A stretch of DNA of 64,000 bases from Escherichia coli (GTDB lineage Bacteria; Pseudomonadota; Gammaproteobacteria; Enterobacterales; Enterobacteriaceae): assembly GCF_030013595.1 (NCBI RefSeq), contig NZ_CP122768.1, one strand, 5' to 3'. Of the stretch, positions 15,040 through 27,592 are shown piece by piece (position 1 is the stretch's first letter; every line of letters starts with the position of its first letter). The notes beneath the pieces were generated by a model. That model worked only from the letters and a program-made list of their open reading frames with translations, had not been told where the DNA came from and ran no database searches. Made by a program: the position numbers and the translations under genes.

Positions 15040-15888
15040 TTATTGCCGAACCAGTCTTGTGGTCGATGGGACAAAATCGCTATTACTGCGCCACGGGTTA
15101 ATGTCCAGACCGCCACGACGGGTATAACGTGCGTAAACGCTCAATTTCTCTGGCTGGCAGAAGCGTAACAGGTCATTAAAGATGCGTTCCACGCACTGTT
15201 CGTGGAACTCGTTGTGATGACGGAAAGAAACCAGGTAACGCAGCAGTTTTTCTCTGTCAATTTGGCGTCCACGATACTGAATTTGGATCGATCCCCAATC
15301 TGGTTGATGGGTGATCAGGCAATTTGATTTCAGCAGGTGGCTGACGAGCGTCTCTTCTACTACTTTTTCGCCACTGGTGGCATTCTCCAGATAGTCAGTA
15401 GTGAATTCATAGTTATCGATAGTGATATCCTGGTCATCAATGCAAGTGCCATTGAAATGACCTATCGGTTGGCCTTCCAGTTCATCAAGACGATATAACG
15501 CCACGCTAACCTTACCCTGAGCGCAAGTGCTTAAGTCGCGCTCCAGCGTCTGGCGCACCTCATCCCAGTTATTAAAACGCGTCTGGTTAAAACTGTTGAG
15601 ATAGAGCTTAAAACTCTTCGACTCAATCAGATTTGCGCTGGTGTAATCAAGTTCAACATGACCGACGGCGACCTGCGGCAAACCTTTCGCATTCAGCCAG
15701 GAAAGTTCATATAGCGTCCAGATATCCGTACCGTGAAAAGGCAGGTTATCCGCTTTCAGACCCAGCGGATCGCGATTCAGACTACGCGGAACGCCTTGCA
15801 GTAGGCTGGCGTCATAGGTATCCCGGTAATCGGTTGATTTTCCAAGAGTCAGGCCCGCAAGTGCCTGATGGTTTGCATAAGAAGACAT
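15040..15888 (-). CDS. queF: NADPH-dependent 7-cyano-7-deazaguanine (preQ0) reductase
   Basis: 282-aa ORF recognised as QueF. Confidence 0.9.
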
Positions 15889-15955
15889 GTTTCACCGTCA
15901 TAAACCAGATAAACTAAACGACAAGTGTATCTGGTTTAAGTGAAGAGAGAAATTA

Positions 15956-16501
15956 GTGGACGATTTGACCGCACAAGCCCTGAAAGATTTTACTGCACGC
16001 TACTGCGATGCGTGGCATGAAGAGCATAAAAGCTGGCCGTTGAGTGAGGAACTGTACGGCGTTCCTTCACCGTGCATTATTTCAACCACCGAAGACGCCG
16101 TATACTGGCAACCCCAGCCGTTTACCGGGGAACAAAATGTAAACGCGGTTGAACGCGCTTTTGATATTGTGATACAACCCACAATTCATACCTTTTATAC
16201 GACTCAGTTTGCCGGGGATATGCACGCGCAGTTTGGCGATATTAAACTGACATTGCTGCAAACCTGGAGTGAAGACGACTTCCGTCGGGTGCAGGAAAAT
16301 CTGATTGGTCATCTGGTGACTCAGAAAAGGCTAAAACTGCCGCCCACGCTATTTATCGCGACGCTGGAAGAAGAGTTAGAGGTCATCTCGGTGTGTAATC
16401 TCTCCGGTGAAGTGTGCAAAGAGACGCTGGGAACACGTAAACGGGCGCATTTAGCCTCAAATCTTGCGGAATTCCTTAATCAACTTAAGCCTCTTCTGTA
16501 A
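15956..16501 (+). CDS. syd: SecY-interacting protein Syd
   Basis: 181-aa ORF recognised as Syd. Confidence 0.9.
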   Translation: MDDLTAQALKDFTARYCDAWHEEHKSWPLSEELYGVPSPCIISTTEDAVYWQPQPFTGEQNVNAVERAFDIVIQPTIHTFYTTQFAGDMHAQFGDIKLTLLQTWSEDDFRRVQENLIGHLVTQKRLKLPPTLFIATLEEELEVISVCNLSGEVCKETLGTRKRAHLASNLAEFLNQLKPLL

Positions 16502-16520
16502 TCCAAATACCCCATCTGGT

Positions 16521-16538
16521 TGTGAGAGATCTCTTACA
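16521..16538. promoter_or_regulatory. 18-bp palindrome TGTGAGAGATCTCTTACA, candidate UvrY (BarA/UvrY response regulator) binding site for csrB
   Basis: Perfect inverted repeat about 180 bp upstream of the csrB 5' end; matches my recollection of the conserved UvrY/SirA box. Confidence 0.55.
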
Positions 16539-16711
16539 GACTCTGTAGGAGATCGCCAGGAAATAAGCGAATACTTAAAAAGATAAGAATCGTTATTTTC
16601 ATTTAAAATCAATATATTGCTTGTTAATCCTTAACTTTCATATGAAATTTTCCTTAAGGCATTGTCTGTAAGCGCCTTGTAAGACTTCGCGAAAAAGACG
16701 ATTCTATCTTC

Positions 16712-17077
16712 GTCGACAGGGAGTCAGACAACGAAGTGAACATCAGGATGATGACACTTCTGAAGGACACACCAGGATGGTGTTTCAGGGAAAGGCTTCT
16801 GGATGAAGCGAAGAGGATGACGCAGGACGCGTTAAAGGACACCTCCAGGATGGAGAATGAGAACCGGTCAGGATGATTCGGTGGGTCAGGAAGGCCAGGG
16901 ACACTTCAGGATGAAGTATCACATCGGGGTGGTGTGAGCAGGAAGCAATAGTTCAGGATGAACGATTGGCCGCAAGGCCAGAGGAAAAGTTGTCAAGGAT
17001 GAGCAGGGAGCAACAAAAGTAGCTGGAATGCTGCGAAACGAACCGGGAGCACTGTGAATACAGTGCTCCCTTTTTTT
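16712..17077 (+). ncRNA. csrB: CsrB small RNA (CsrA-sequestering sRNA)
   Basis: Begins GTCGACAGGGAGTCAGACAACGAAG; more than a dozen CAGGATG/AGGA motifs spaced through ~360 nt; ends in a GC hairpin (17045-17070) plus T7 run; located between syd and yqcC. Confidence 0.85.
17045..17077 (+). terminator. Rho-independent terminator of csrB
   Basis: gggagcactg-tgaata-cagtgctccc stem-loop followed by ttttttt. Confidence 0.8.
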
Positions 17078-17122
17078 ATTCCTGCTATCCTTCGCGGCAG
17101 TTTTTCTTATTGAGGTTGCTTT

Positions 17123-17452
17123 ATGACCACTCATGACCGCGTTCGTCTCCAGCTGCAGGCGCTTGAAGCATTACTGCGTGAACATCAGCACTGGCAAAAC
17201 GATGAACCCCAGCCGCATCAATTTAACAGTACCCAACCGTTCTTTATGGACACCATGGAACCACTGGAGTGGTTGCAGTGGGTGCTGATCCCGCGAATGC
17301 ACGATTTGTTAGATAACAACCAGCCGTTACCGGGCGCTTTTGCCGTTGCACCCTATTATGAAATGGCGCTGGCGACGGACCACCCGCAACGCGCGCTTAT
17401 TCTGGCTGAGCTGGAAAAACTGGATGCTCTTTTTGCGGATGATGCGAGCTAA
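17123..17452 (+). CDS. yqcC: DUF446 family protein YqcC
   Basis: 109-aa ORF recognised as YqcC. Confidence 0.85.
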   Translation: MTTHDRVRLQLQALEALLREHQHWQNDEPQPHQFNSTQPFFMDTMEPLEWLQWVLIPRMHDLLDNNQPLPGAFAVAPYYEMALATDHPQRALILAELEKLDALFADDAS

Positions 17453-18234
17453 TGCTGGAAATACTCTATCAGGATGAATGGCTGGTTGCGGTAAATAAAC
17501 CCTCCGGCTGGCTGGTTCACCGCAGCTGGCTGGATCGCGACGAGAAAGTAGTGGTCATGCAAACCGTGCGTGACCAGATAGGCCAGCATGTGTTTACTGC
17601 TCATCGTCTGGACCGACCAACTTCTGGTGTGTTGTTGATGGGATTATCCAGCGAGGCCGGACGGCTGCTGGCACAACAGTTTGAACAGCACCAAATCCAG
17701 AAACGTTACCATGCGATTGTGCGCGGCTGGTTGATGGAAGAAGCAGTTCTGGATTATCCACTGGTGGAAGAACTGGACAAAATCGCTGATAAATTTGCCC
17801 GCGAAGATAAAGGCCCACAGCCAGCAGTGACGCATTATCGCGGTCTGGCGACCGTAGAAATGCCGGTAGCGACCGGACGTTACCCGACCACGCGCTACGG
17901 CCTGGTGGAACTGGAGCCGAAAACTGGACGTAAGCACCAGCTCCGTCGCCATCTTGCCCATTTGCGCCACCCGATTATTGGCGACAGCAAACATGGTGAT
18001 TTACGCCAGAATCGCAGCGGTGCTGAACATTTTGGCCTTCAGCGGTTAATGCTGCATGCCAGTCAGTTGTCATTGACGCATCCTTTTACTGGCGAGCCGC
18101 TGACTATTCACGCGGGCCTGGACGACACCTGGATGCAGGCGTTATCACAATTTGGCTGGCGGGGTCTGCTTCCTGAAAATGAAAGGGTTGAGTTCAGTGC
18201 GCCATCGGGTCAGGATGGAGAGATAAGTTCCTAA
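17452..18234 (+). CDS. truC: tRNA pseudouridine(65) synthase
   Basis: 260-aa ORF recognised as TruC/YqcB; start overlaps yqcC stop. Confidence 0.9.
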   Translation: MLEILYQDEWLVAVNKPSGWLVHRSWLDRDEKVVVMQTVRDQIGQHVFTAHRLDRPTSGVLLMGLSSEAGRLLAQQFEQHQIQKRYHAIVRGWLMEEAVLDYPLVEELDKIADKFAREDKGPQPAVTHYRGLATVEMPVATGRYPTTRYGLVELEPKTGRKHQLRRHLAHLRHPIIGDSKHGDLRQNRSGAEHFGLQRLMLHASQLSLTHPFTGEPLTIHAGLDDTWMQALSQFGWRGLLPENERVEFSAPSGQDGEISS

Positions 18235-18251
18235 TCCAGGGAGAAAACGGT

Positions 18252-18701
18252 ATGGCGGAAATTGGTATTTTTGTCGGCACTATGTACGGAAATTCGCTGT
18301 TAGTGGCGGAAGAAGCGGAAGCAATTCTGACCGCGCAGGGCCACAAAGCAACGGTATTTGAAGATCCTGAATTAAGCGACTGGCTGCCCTATCAGGATAA
18401 GTATGTTCTGGTGGTTACGTCCACGACCGGGCAGGGCGACCTTCCTGATAGCATTGTGCCGCTCTTTCAGGGAATCAAAGATAGTCTGGGCTTCCAGCCG
18501 AATCTGCGTTATGGCGTGATTGCGCTCGGCGACAGTAGTTATGTGAATTTCTGCAATGGCGGCAAACAGTTCGATGCCTTGTTGCAGGAACAGAGCGCTC
18601 AGCGGGTTGGCGAAATGCTGTTGATTGACGCCAGTGAGAACCCGGAACCGGAAACGGAATCAAATCCGTGGGTCGAACATTGGGGCACGCTGTTGTCCTG
18701 A
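18252..18701 (+). CDS. yqcA: Flavodoxin-like protein YqcA
   Basis: 149-aa ORF recognised as YqcA. Confidence 0.85.
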   Translation: MAEIGIFVGTMYGNSLLVAEEAEAILTAQGHKATVFEDPELSDWLPYQDKYVLVVTSTTGQGDLPDSIVPLFQGIKDSLGFQPNLRYGVIALGDSSYVNFCNGGKQFDALLQEQSAQRVGEMLLIDASENPEPETESNPWVEHWGTLLS

Positions 18702-19135
18702 TACGTTCAGCGAGCGGTAAATGCCGTTTTAGCGGTGCTGAATCGAATCTTTTCAGGCAAATGCCAGTAAAAACTGCTTCATAGCGCGGATTTTTACTGG
18801 CGTTTGCCTGGAGTCAAGCGATCCATTTCATACTCTTCTTTATTTCTTCGTTTTAACCCTTCCTTTCTTGTTCTTGTTTTCATTTCCGTGAAGTGGATTC
18901 CACCGTCCAGGGCTAATGCCAAAATCGGGCCTCATTGAACGCATTAATGTTGTGTTGTTGCACGGTGAGCCGCTATGGCGCGCTTTTTATACTGCTATTG
19001 CCAGATATAAACACGCGCCGTATTCGGCGAACGACCTATAAAAACGGCAAAAAACACCCTACGTCACCTCTGATTTCCTGGCGATGTCGCAGTCCAGAGT
19101 GAGCGTGGCTAACGCGAATTTTCAGGAGTGCAACA

Positions 19136-20488
19136 ATGAGTTCTTTAAGTCAGGCTGCGAGCAGTGTGGAAAAACGCACAAATGCTCGTTACTGGATAGT
19201 GGTGATGTTGTTTATCGTCACATCCTTCAACTACGGCGACCGCGCTACGCTTTCTATTGCCGGTTCGGAAATGGCCAAAGATATCGGCCTTGATCCCGTG
19301 GGAATGGGCTATGTGTTCTCTGCTTTCTCATGGGCTTATGTTATCGGACAGATCCCTGGTGGTTGGTTGCTGGATCGTTTTGGTTCAAAACGCGTCTACT
19401 TCTGGTCGATCTTTATCTGGTCGATGTTTACCTTGCTGCAAGGCTTCGTCGATATTTTTAGTGGATTCGGCATTATCGTTGCCCTGTTTACGCTGCGCTT
19501 CCTGGTCGGGCTTGCTGAAGCGCCATCTTTCCCCGGCAACAGTCGCATTGTTGCGGCCTGGTTTCCGGCGCAGGAAAGGGGAACGGCGGTGTCGATTTTT
19601 AACTCCGCTCAATACTTCGCAACGGTGATCTTCGCGCCGATTATGGGCTGGCTGACGCATGAAGTGGGCTGGTCACACGTCTTCTTCTTTATGGGCGGTC
19701 TGGGCATTGTCATCAGCTTTATCTGGTTGAAAGTCATCCACGAGCCAAATCAACATCCGGGTGTAAATCAGAAAGAGCTGGAGTACATCGCCGCAGGTGG
19801 CGCGCTGATCAATATGGATCAGCAAAACACCAAAGTTAAAGTGCCGTTCAGCGTGAAGTGGGGGCAGATCAAACAGTTGCTCGGGTCACGGATGATGATC
19901 GGCGTTTATATCGGTCAGTACTGTATCAACGCCCTGACTTACTTTTTCATTACCTGGTTTCCGGTTTATCTGGTGCAGGCGCGTGGGATGTCGATTCTGA
20001 AAGCGGGCTTTGTGGCTTCCGTTCCGGCGGTTTGCGGTTTTATCGGCGGTGTGCTGGGTGGGATTATTTCCGACTGGCTGATGCGCCGCACGGGATCGCT
20101 GAACATTGCGCGTAAAACACCGATCGTAATGGGCATGTTGCTGTCGATGGTGATGGTGTTCTGCAACTACGTCAACGTTGAGTGGATGATCATCGGCTTT
20201 ATGGCGCTGGCCTTCTTCGGTAAGGGCATCGGGGCGCTGGGTTGGGCAGTAATGGCAGATACCGCGCCAAAAGAGATCAGCGGTCTTTCCGGTGGCCTGT
20301 TCAACATGTTCGGTAACATTTCTGGCATCGTCACGCCAATCGCAATTGGTTATATCGTTGGCACGACTGGCTCCTTTAATGGGGCGCTGATTTATGTTGG
20401 TGTTCATGCCTTAATCGCGGTACTGAGCTACCTGGTGCTGGTGGGCGATATCAAGCGTATCGAGCTGAAACCTGTCGCGGGGCAATAA
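19136..20488 (+). CDS. gudP: Galactarate/glucarate transporter (MFS)
   Basis: 450-aa membrane ORF recognised as GudP. Confidence 0.9.
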   Translation: MSSLSQAASSVEKRTNARYWIVVMLFIVTSFNYGDRATLSIAGSEMAKDIGLDPVGMGYVFSAFSWAYVIGQIPGGWLLDRFGSKRVYFWSIFIWSMFTLLQGFVDIFSGFGIIVALFTLRFLVGLAEAPSFPGNSRIVAAWFPAQERGTAVSIFNSAQYFATVIFAPIMGWLTHEVGWSHVFFFMGGLGIVISFIWLKVIHEPNQHPGVNQKELEYIAAGGALINMDQQNTKVKVPFSVKWGQIKQLLGSRMMIGVYIGQYCINALTYFFITWFPVYLVQARGMSILKAGFVASVPAVCGFIGGVLGGIISDWLMRRTGSLNIARKTPIVMGMLLSMVMVFCNYVNVEWMIIGFMALAFFGKGIGALGWAVMADTAPKEISGLSGGLFNMFGNISGIVTPIAIGYIVGTTGSFNGALIYVGVHALIAVLSYLVLVGDIKRIELKPVAGQ

Positions 20489-20489
20489 G

Positions 20490-21830
20490 ATGACGACACA
20501 ATCCAGTCCTGTTATTACTGATATGAAAGTCATTCCGGTGGCCGGGCACGATAGCATGTTGCTTAATATTGGTGGGGCGCATAACGCATATTTCACTCGC
20601 AATATTGTGGTACTCACCGATAACGCCGGGCATACCGGCATTGGTGAAGCGCCAGGCGGAGAGGTGATTTATCAGACACTGGTCGATGCTATTCCGATGG
20701 TGTTGGGCCAGGAAGTTGCGCGCCTGAATAAAGTGGTTCAGCAGGTGCATAAAGGTAATCAGGCAGCCGATTTTGATACCTTCGGCAAAGGTGCCTGGAC
20801 TTTTGAATTGCGCGTTAATGCCGTGGCGGCGCTGGAAGCCGCCTTGCTTGACCTGCTAGGTAAGGCGCTGAATGTTCCGGTCTGCGAACTGTTGGGGCCA
20901 GGCAAGCAACGCGAGGCTATTACCGTCCTCGGTTATCTGTTTTATATCGGTGATCGGACCAAAACCGATCTTCCTTATCTGGAAAATACGCCGGGCAACC
21001 ATGAGTGGTATCAATTGCGGCATCAGAAAGCGATGAACAGCGACGCCGTTGTGCGTCTGGCGGAAGCCTCACAGGATCGCTATGGCTTTAAAGATTTCAA
21101 ACTTAAGGGCGGCGTGTTACCTGGCGAGCAAGAAATCGACACTGTTCGTGCATTGAAGAAACGCTTCCCGGATGCGCGGATTACCGTTGATCCCAACGGT
21201 GCATGGCTACTTGATGAAGCCATTTCTCTGTGCAAAGGGCTGAATGATGTTCTTACCTATGCCGAAGATCCATGCGGAGCAGAACAGGGGTTCTCCGGAC
21301 GTGAAGTGATGGCGGAGTTTCGGCGGGCGACCGGCTTGCCCGTCGCGACTAATATGATCGCCACCAACTGGCGCGAAATGGGCCATGCGGTGATGCTCAA
21401 TGCGGTAGATATTCCACTTGCCGATCCGCACTTCTGGACGCTTTCCGGTGCAGTCCGCGTGGCGCAGCTTTGCGACGACTGGGGGCTGACCTGGGGCTGC
21501 CATTCCAACAACCATTTCGATATCTCTCTGGCGATGTTTACCCATGTGGGCGCGGCGGCACCGGGTAATCCTACCGCTATCGATACCCACTGGATTTGGC
21601 AGGAGGGCGATTGTCGCCTGACCCAAAATCCGCTGGAGATTAAAAACGGAAAAATTGCCGTTCCTGATGCGCCCGGTCTGGGCGTGGAACTGGACTGGGA
21701 ACAGGTACAAAAGGCACATGAGGCCTATAAACGTCTGCCTGGCGGTGCGCGTAACGACGCGGGCCCGATGCAGTACCTGATCCCCGGCTGGACCTTTGAC
21801 CGTAAACGTCCCGTTTTCGGCCGTCATTGA
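20490..21830 (+). CDS. gudX: Glucarate dehydratase-related protein (enolase superfamily)
   Basis: 446-aa ORF, paralogous to the following gene. Confidence 0.9.
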   Translation: MTTQSSPVITDMKVIPVAGHDSMLLNIGGAHNAYFTRNIVVLTDNAGHTGIGEAPGGEVIYQTLVDAIPMVLGQEVARLNKVVQQVHKGNQAADFDTFGKGAWTFELRVNAVAALEAALLDLLGKALNVPVCELLGPGKQREAITVLGYLFYIGDRTKTDLPYLENTPGNHEWYQLRHQKAMNSDAVVRLAEASQDRYGFKDFKLKGGVLPGEQEIDTVRALKKRFPDARITVDPNGAWLLDEAISLCKGLNDVLTYAEDPCGAEQGFSGREVMAEFRRATGLPVATNMIATNWREMGHAVMLNAVDIPLADPHFWTLSGAVRVAQLCDDWGLTWGCHSNNHFDISLAMFTHVGAAAPGNPTAIDTHWIWQEGDCRLTQNPLEIKNGKIAVPDAPGLGVELDWEQVQKAHEAYKRLPGGARNDAGPMQYLIPGWTFDRKRPVFGRH

Positions 21831-21850
21831 TTTTGAAAAAGGACATAAAT

Positions 21851-23191
21851 ATGAGTTCTCAATTTACGACGCCTGTTGTTACTGAAATGCAGGTCATCCC
21901 GGTGGCGGGCCATGACAGTATGCTGATGAATCTGAGTGGTGCACACGCACCGTTCTTCACGCGTAATATTGTGATTATCAAAGATAATTCTGGTCACACT
22001 GGCGTAGGGGAAATTCCCGGCGGCGAGAAAATCCGTAAAACGCTGGAAGATGCGATTCCGCTGGTGGTGGGTAAAACGCTGGGTGAATACAAAAACGTTC
22101 TGACGCTGGTGCGTAATACATTTGCCGATCGTGATGCCGGTGGGCGCGGTTTGCAGACATTTGATTTGCGTACCACTATTCATGTAGTTACCGGGATAGA
22201 AGCGGCAATGCTGGATCTGCTGGGGCAGCATCTGGGGGTTAACGTGGCATCGCTGCTGGGCGATGGTCAACAGCGTAGCGAAGTCGAAATGCTCGGTTAT
22301 CTGTTCTTCGTCGGTAATCGCAAAGCCACACCGCTGCCGTATCAAAGCCAGCCGGATGATAAATGTGACTGGTATCGCCTGCGTCACGAAGAAGCGATGA
22401 CGCCGGATGCGGTGGTGCGCCTGGCGGAAGCGGCATATGAAAAATATGGCTTCAACGATTTCAAACTGAAGGGCGGTGTACTGGCCGGGGAAGAAGAAGC
22501 CGAATCTATTGTGGCACTGGCGCAACGCTTCCCACAGGCGCGTATTACCCTCGATCCTAACGGTGCCTGGTCGCTGAACGAAGCGATTAAAATCGGTAAA
22601 TACCTGAAAGGTTCGCTGGCTTATGCAGAAGATCCGTGTGGTGCGGAGCAAGGTTTCTCCGGGCGTGAAGTGATGGCAGAGTTCCGTCGCGCGACTGGCC
22701 TGCCGACCGCAACCAATATGATCGCCACCGACTGGCGGCAGATGGGCCATACGCTCTCGTTACAATCCGTTGATATCCCGCTGGCGGATCCGCATTTCTG
22801 GACGATGCAAGGTTCGGTACGTGTGGCGCAAATGTGCCATGAATTTGGCCTGACCTGGGGTTCACACTCTAACAACCACTTCGATATTTCCCTGGCGATG
22901 TTTACCCATGTAGCCGCTGCTGCACCGGGTAAAATTACTGCTATTGATACGCACTGGATCTGGCAGGAAGGCAATCAGCGTCTGACCAAAGAACCGTTTG
23001 AGATCAAAGGCGGGCTGGTACAGGTGCCGCAAAAACCAGGATTGGGCGTAGAAATCGATATGGATCAGGTGATGAAAGCCCACGAGCTGTATCAGAAACA
23101 TGGGCTTGGTGCGCGTGACGATGCGATGGGAATGCAGTACCTGATTCCTGGCTGGACGTTTGATAACAAGCGCCCGTGCATGGTGCGTTAA
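21851..23191 (+). CDS. gudD: D-glucarate dehydratase
   Basis: ORF 21827..23191; likely start at [20 protein letters not shown] (ATG 21851) giving 446 aa. Confidence 0.9.
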   Translation: MSSQFTTPVVTEMQVIPVAGHDSMLMNLSGAHAPFFTRNIVIIKDNSGHTGVGEIPGGEKIRKTLEDAIPLVVGKTLGEYKNVLTLVRNTFADRDAGGRGLQTFDLRTTIHVVTGIEAAMLDLLGQHLGVNVASLLGDGQQRSEVEMLGYLFFVGNRKATPLPYQSQPDDKCDWYRLRHEEAMTPDAVVRLAEAAYEKYGFNDFKLKGGVLAGEEEAESIVALAQRFPQARITLDPNGAWSLNEAIKIGKYLKGSLAYAEDPCGAEQGFSGREVMAEFRRATGLPTATNMIATDWRQMGHTLSLQSVDIPLADPHFWTMQGSVRVAQMCHEFGLTWGSHSNNHFDISLAMFTHVAAAAPGKITAIDTHWIWQEGNQRLTKEPFEIKGGLVQVPQKPGLGVEIDMDQVMKAHELYQKHGLGARDDAMGMQYLIPGWTFDNKRPCMVR

Positions 23192-23203
23192 GACAGAAAA
23201 CCA

Positions 23204-23228
23204 AAACCGGCTCTTTCAGGAGCCGGTT
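23204..23228 (+). terminator. Hairpin downstream of gudD (candidate terminator, weak U-tract)
   Basis: aaaccggctc-tttcag-gagccggttt perfect 10-bp stem. Confidence 0.4.
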
Positions 23229-23265
23229 TGAGATTACTGACGAAGTGGCTTACGGGGACGGTTTT

Positions 23266-23366
23266 CCCCTCGCCCTTTCAAGGAGAGGACCGGGGTGAGG
23301 GTAATCATTCGCACTTGCGTTGGCCTGTTCCCCTCACCCTAACCCTCTCCCCGGAGGGGCGAGGGG
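23266..23366. repeat. GC-rich intergenic inverted-repeat element (two inverted ~36-bp units; boxC-like repeat class, family assignment uncertain)
   Basis: cccctcgccc...ggagagg...ggggtgaggg and its inverse cccctcaccc...cctctcc...gggcgagggg. Confidence 0.4.
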
Positions 23367-23430
23367 ACTGTCTGTGCTGCTCCCAGCATTGGCATTGGAC
23401 GGAACCTATTTTGACTCGACAAAACGTCCA

Positions 23431-26187
23431 TTACCCGAGAATTTTGCTGGCTTCGCGCGCTACATTATCCATCTCGTCCAACAGTTCCAGCAGCTCCGGC
23501 TCCAAATCTTCTTCTTTAGTACCGCTACGTAGCTGTTGTTCGATCAGCTGGCAGAGATTCTTCATACGCGGCACACCGCTATAGCCGCAACTGCCATGCA
23601 GTTTATGAATCAAATCAACCAGGCCTTCCGGGTTTTCTCCAACCAGCTGTTCCTCAACTTTGTTGCGAACTTCAGGCAGGAAATCGAGTAACATTTGCAG
23701 CATATCGCGCGCTAAATCGGTTTTTCCTGCTGCCTGGCGTAGTGCCAGTTGCCAGTCGAGGGTCGCATTCGGGTTCACCACAATTTCGTTGACTTCGGGC
23801 GTCACGACGCGAGACGAAATACCGCTGCCAGGCTTGTAGCGCAACAACAAATTATGCAATCGCTCTTCTTCAATCGGTTTCGCCAGATAATCGCTCATCC
23901 CTGCGCCAAGCAGCTTCTCTTTTTGCCCGGCCATTGCATGCGCCGTTACCGCGATAACTGGCGTTTGTTGCTGATGGGGGAGCTGGTGGATGAGTTCGCA
24001 GGCCCGAATGCCGTCCATGTCCGGCATTTGAATATCCATTAAGATCAAATCGAACGGCATCTGTTTCGCCCGTTCAACCGCCTGATGCCCGCTATCGCAA
24101 AGTTCCACATGTTGCACCATATCTTCCAGCAATGCGCCGATAAGTTTCAGGTTAGCGGGGTTGTCATCAACCGCCATGACTGTCATTGCCAGCTTACTTT
24201 CATCGGTTACAGGCAAAAGCGTGTTTTGTTTGTGATGACAAAATTCCGTCAGGGCAGGTAACAGGCGCGTAGGTGTTAATGGTTTCAGCAGACACGCGCC
24301 GATACCATCTTGCTTAAGTTTTTCAGCATTGACTTGTGCATGGCAAGGAAGTGCCAGCATCAGAAAATCGGTCATCGATACCGCTTTCGCTAATCGCTCA
24401 TGTTGCATTGTTAGCGGCTCGCGGAAGGTCACCGCAATGCCTAATAACATCATGTCGTAATGCGCGGGAGGCAGCGCGGAGAACGTTGGGCTATAAACCA
24501 CTTCCAGCGGCGTTTCACTTAAAATATCCAGCGTGCATTGCGCTGCTGCGGAGTTTGGTTCGACATAGGCCAGGCGCTTGCCGGCGAGGCACTGGGTGGA
24601 TGGCCCTTCGATAATAATGTTCGGATTCAGATCGAGATTAATGTGGAACCAGAAAGTTGAACCGCGATTCGGCTGGCTATGGAACGAAATATCGCCGCCC
24701 ATTTCATTAACCAGTTTTTGTGTAATCACCAGCCCCAGCCCGGTGCCACCATGACGGCGGGAAATACTGGCATCAGCCTGTCGGAAGGCCTGGAATAAGC
24801 GCGATTGATCGCGTTCAGGAATACCAATGCCGGTATCCCGAATCTGCACTTCAATCTGCACTTTGGTATTACTCAGCGCACGTTTTTCTACCAGAATATC
24901 AATGTTGCCATTCTCGGTGAATTTAATTGCATTCCCCACCAGGTTAGTGATGATTTGCTGTAATCGTAGTGGGTCGCCGATAACGTTATCAGGCACGTCG
25001 CTCTTAATATTGAGCGTCAGTTCCAGCCCTTTATCGTGAGAAGAATGTGCCAGCAGGGTAACGACTTCATCCAGCGTGCTGCGTAGTGGGAATGGAATAC
25101 TTTCCAGAATCAGCTTACCTGCTTCCAGTTTCGAGAAGTCGAGAACATCATTAATAATTGCCAGCAAATTATTTGCCGAACGTTCAATCGTATTCAGGTG
25201 ATCGCGCTGCGTTGGTGTTAATTCTGTTTTCAGCGTCAGGCGGGTAAAGCCAATAACACCATTCAGTGGTGTACGCAGCTCGTGTGACATATTTGCAAGA
25301 AACTCGGATTTAATACGCGCCGCTTCCTGGGCGCGCTTTTTCGCCAGATCCAACTCAACGTTCTGAATTTCCATCTGCTCCAGCGTTTCACGCAGATCGG
25401 ACGTCGCCTGGTCGATATTGTGCTGCATCTCTTCGTGATAAGCAGCCAGCGACATTGCCATCGAGTTGATACCGTTTTTCAGCATATCCAGCTCGCCGAG
25501 CATAAATCCTTCCACACGGCTGTCGAGTTGCCCGCGACGGATGCGGTCGACGGTATTCACCATATTGCGAATCGGACCGGTTACATCGCGCATTAAGCGC
25601 CAGCCAAAAATAAGCGCAATACCGATACAAAACAGCATCATCACGCTGGAAATAAAGATCTCTTTATATTGCTGCAAGCGAACCGATTTAAGATCCAGCT
25701 CAAGCGCAATATATCCCAACATATTTTGACTATTTTTGGCATCGCTACTGGGCGATTCGTCGGGGGAGTAACTCTCAGAAATAATCGGCGTGCGGAGGAT
25801 CATAATATCGCCGTCACGAGTGACAGTGAGCTGGCGAGGAAACGGCACGTTGCTGCCGAGCTGCATTGATGAGGGATCAAGATGAAAATTGGAGGTGACA
25901 AAGAGTCGGTTATTTTCATCATAAACCGAAATCGCGCGAACAATATCGGAATGGCGACGATGCAGTACGCTTATTAACTGACCGATAGATTCGCGATTTT
26001 GCAGGCTCATGCCATATTCAGTAGAAACTGCAAGCGGCTCAATAATGCTGGCACCGGCATCTTCCAGTTGACGCTGCAAGTCGTTATAGCGATGCACAAC
26101 GAAAAAGATACTCAGCAATAAACCAATAAGGACGGTCGGTGCCAGGATCAGAATCATCATGCGTGCGCGCAGGCTGTAGTTGGTCAT
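23431..26187 (-). CDS. barA: Hybrid sensor histidine kinase BarA
   Basis: 918-aa ORF recognised as BarA. Confidence 0.95.
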
Positions 26188-26243
26188 GGAGTTCCGTTAT
26201 GGGACAATTAAGGTCACACTGTTAAATTGAGAAAGTCTCGCCA

Positions 26244-27545
26244 ATGGCGCAATTCTACTCTGCAAAACGACGCACGACGACGCGTCAGATCATAACCGTT
26301 TCAGTCAACGACCTCGACTCTTTTGGTCAGGGCGTGGCACGACATAACGGCAAAGCGTTATTTATTCCTGGATTACTGCCACAGGAAAACGCGGAAGTTA
26401 CTGTTACTGAAGATAAAAAACAGTACGCCCGCGCTAAAGTCGTACGCCGGTTAAGCGACAGCCCGGAACGCGAAACGCCACGCTGTCCTCATTTTGGCGT
26501 ATGCGGCGGCTGTCAGCAACAACACGCCAGCGTGGATTTACAGCAGCGAAGCAAAAGTGCGGCACTCGCCCGATTAATGAAACACGAAGTCTCTGAAGTG
26601 ATCGCCGATGTTCCCTGGGGCTATCGCCGTCGCGCGCGTTTAAGTCTGAACTACTTACCGAAAACACAGCAACTTCAGATGGGGTTTCGCAAAGCGGGCT
26701 CCAGTGACATTGTCGACGTTAAACAATGTCCCATTTTAGTGCCCCAACTTGAAGCATTGCTGCCCAAAGTCAGGGCATGCCTGGGCAGCTTACAAGCTAT
26801 GCGCCATCTTGGTCATGTTGAACTGGTACAGGCAACCAGCGGCACGCTGATGATTTTGCGCCATACCGCACCGCTAAGTTCGGCAGATCGCGAAAAACTG
26901 GAACGCTTTTCGCATTCTGAAGGCCTGGATCTGTATCTCGCCCCCGATAGTGAGATACTCGAAACCGTCTCTGGTGAGATGCCCTGGTATGACTCAAACG
27001 GGTTGCGCTTAACTTTTAGCCCGCGCGATTTTATTCAGGTCAATGCGGGTGTGAACCAAAAAATGGTAGCGCGTGCGTTGGAATGGCTGGATGTACAACC
27101 TGAAGATCGCGTACTGGATCTGTTCTGCGGTATGGGCAACTTTACACTGCCATTGGCGACACAAGCTGCCAGTGTGGTGGGTGTAGAAGGCGTTCCGGCG
27201 CTGGTGGAAAAAGGCCAGCAGAATGCGCGTCTTAATGGCTTGCACAATGTGACGTTTTATCACGAAAATCTTGAAGAAGATGTCACAAAGCAGCCGTGGG
27301 CGAAAAACGGCTTCGATAAAGTGTTGCTGGACCCGGCGCGAGCAGGTGCCGCAGGTGTTATGCAGCAAATTATAAAACTGGAACCTATTCGTATAGTTTA
27401 TGTATCCTGTAACCCTGCAACGCTGGCTCGGGATAGCGAAGCGTTATTAAAAGCAGGATATACCATTGCGCGACTGGCGATGCTGGATATGTTCCCACAC
27501 ACGGGACATCTGGAATCGATGGTACTTTTCTCGCGCGTTAAATAG
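26244..27545 (+). CDS. rlmD: 23S rRNA (uracil1939-C5)-methyltransferase RlmD (RumA)
   Basis: 433-aa ORF recognised as RumA; Fe-S cysteine cluster [10 protein letters not shown] present. Confidence 0.9.
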   Translation: MAQFYSAKRRTTTRQIITVSVNDLDSFGQGVARHNGKALFIPGLLPQENAEVTVTEDKKQYARAKVVRRLSDSPERETPRCPHFGVCGGCQQQHASVDLQQRSKSAALARLMKHEVSEVIADVPWGYRRRARLSLNYLPKTQQLQMGFRKAGSSDIVDVKQCPILVPQLEALLPKVRACLGSLQAMRHLGHVELVQATSGTLMILRHTAPLSSADREKLERFSHSEGLDLYLAPDSEILETVSGEMPWYDSNGLRLTFSPRDFIQVNAGVNQKMVARALEWLDVQPEDRVLDLFCGMGNFTLPLATQAASVVGVEGVPALVEKGQQNARLNGLHNVTFYHENLEEDVTKQPWAKNGFDKVLLDPARAGAAGVMQQIIKLEPIRIVYVSCNPATLARDSEALLKAGYTIARLAMLDMFPHTGHLESMVLFSRVK

Positions 27546-27592
27546 TTACGATTTGCCGATTTCGGCAGGTCTGGTCCCTAAAGGAGAGGACG

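Noticed and set aside
19084-19293. 69-aa ORF upstream of and overlapping the gudP start
   Set aside because: Out of frame with gudP and Cys/Arg-rich; most likely the gudP 5' regulatory region
21207-21827. 206-aa minus-strand ORF
   Set aside because: Antisense to gudX; no independent support
21824-22750. 308-aa minus-strand ORF
   Set aside because: Antisense to gudD; no independent support
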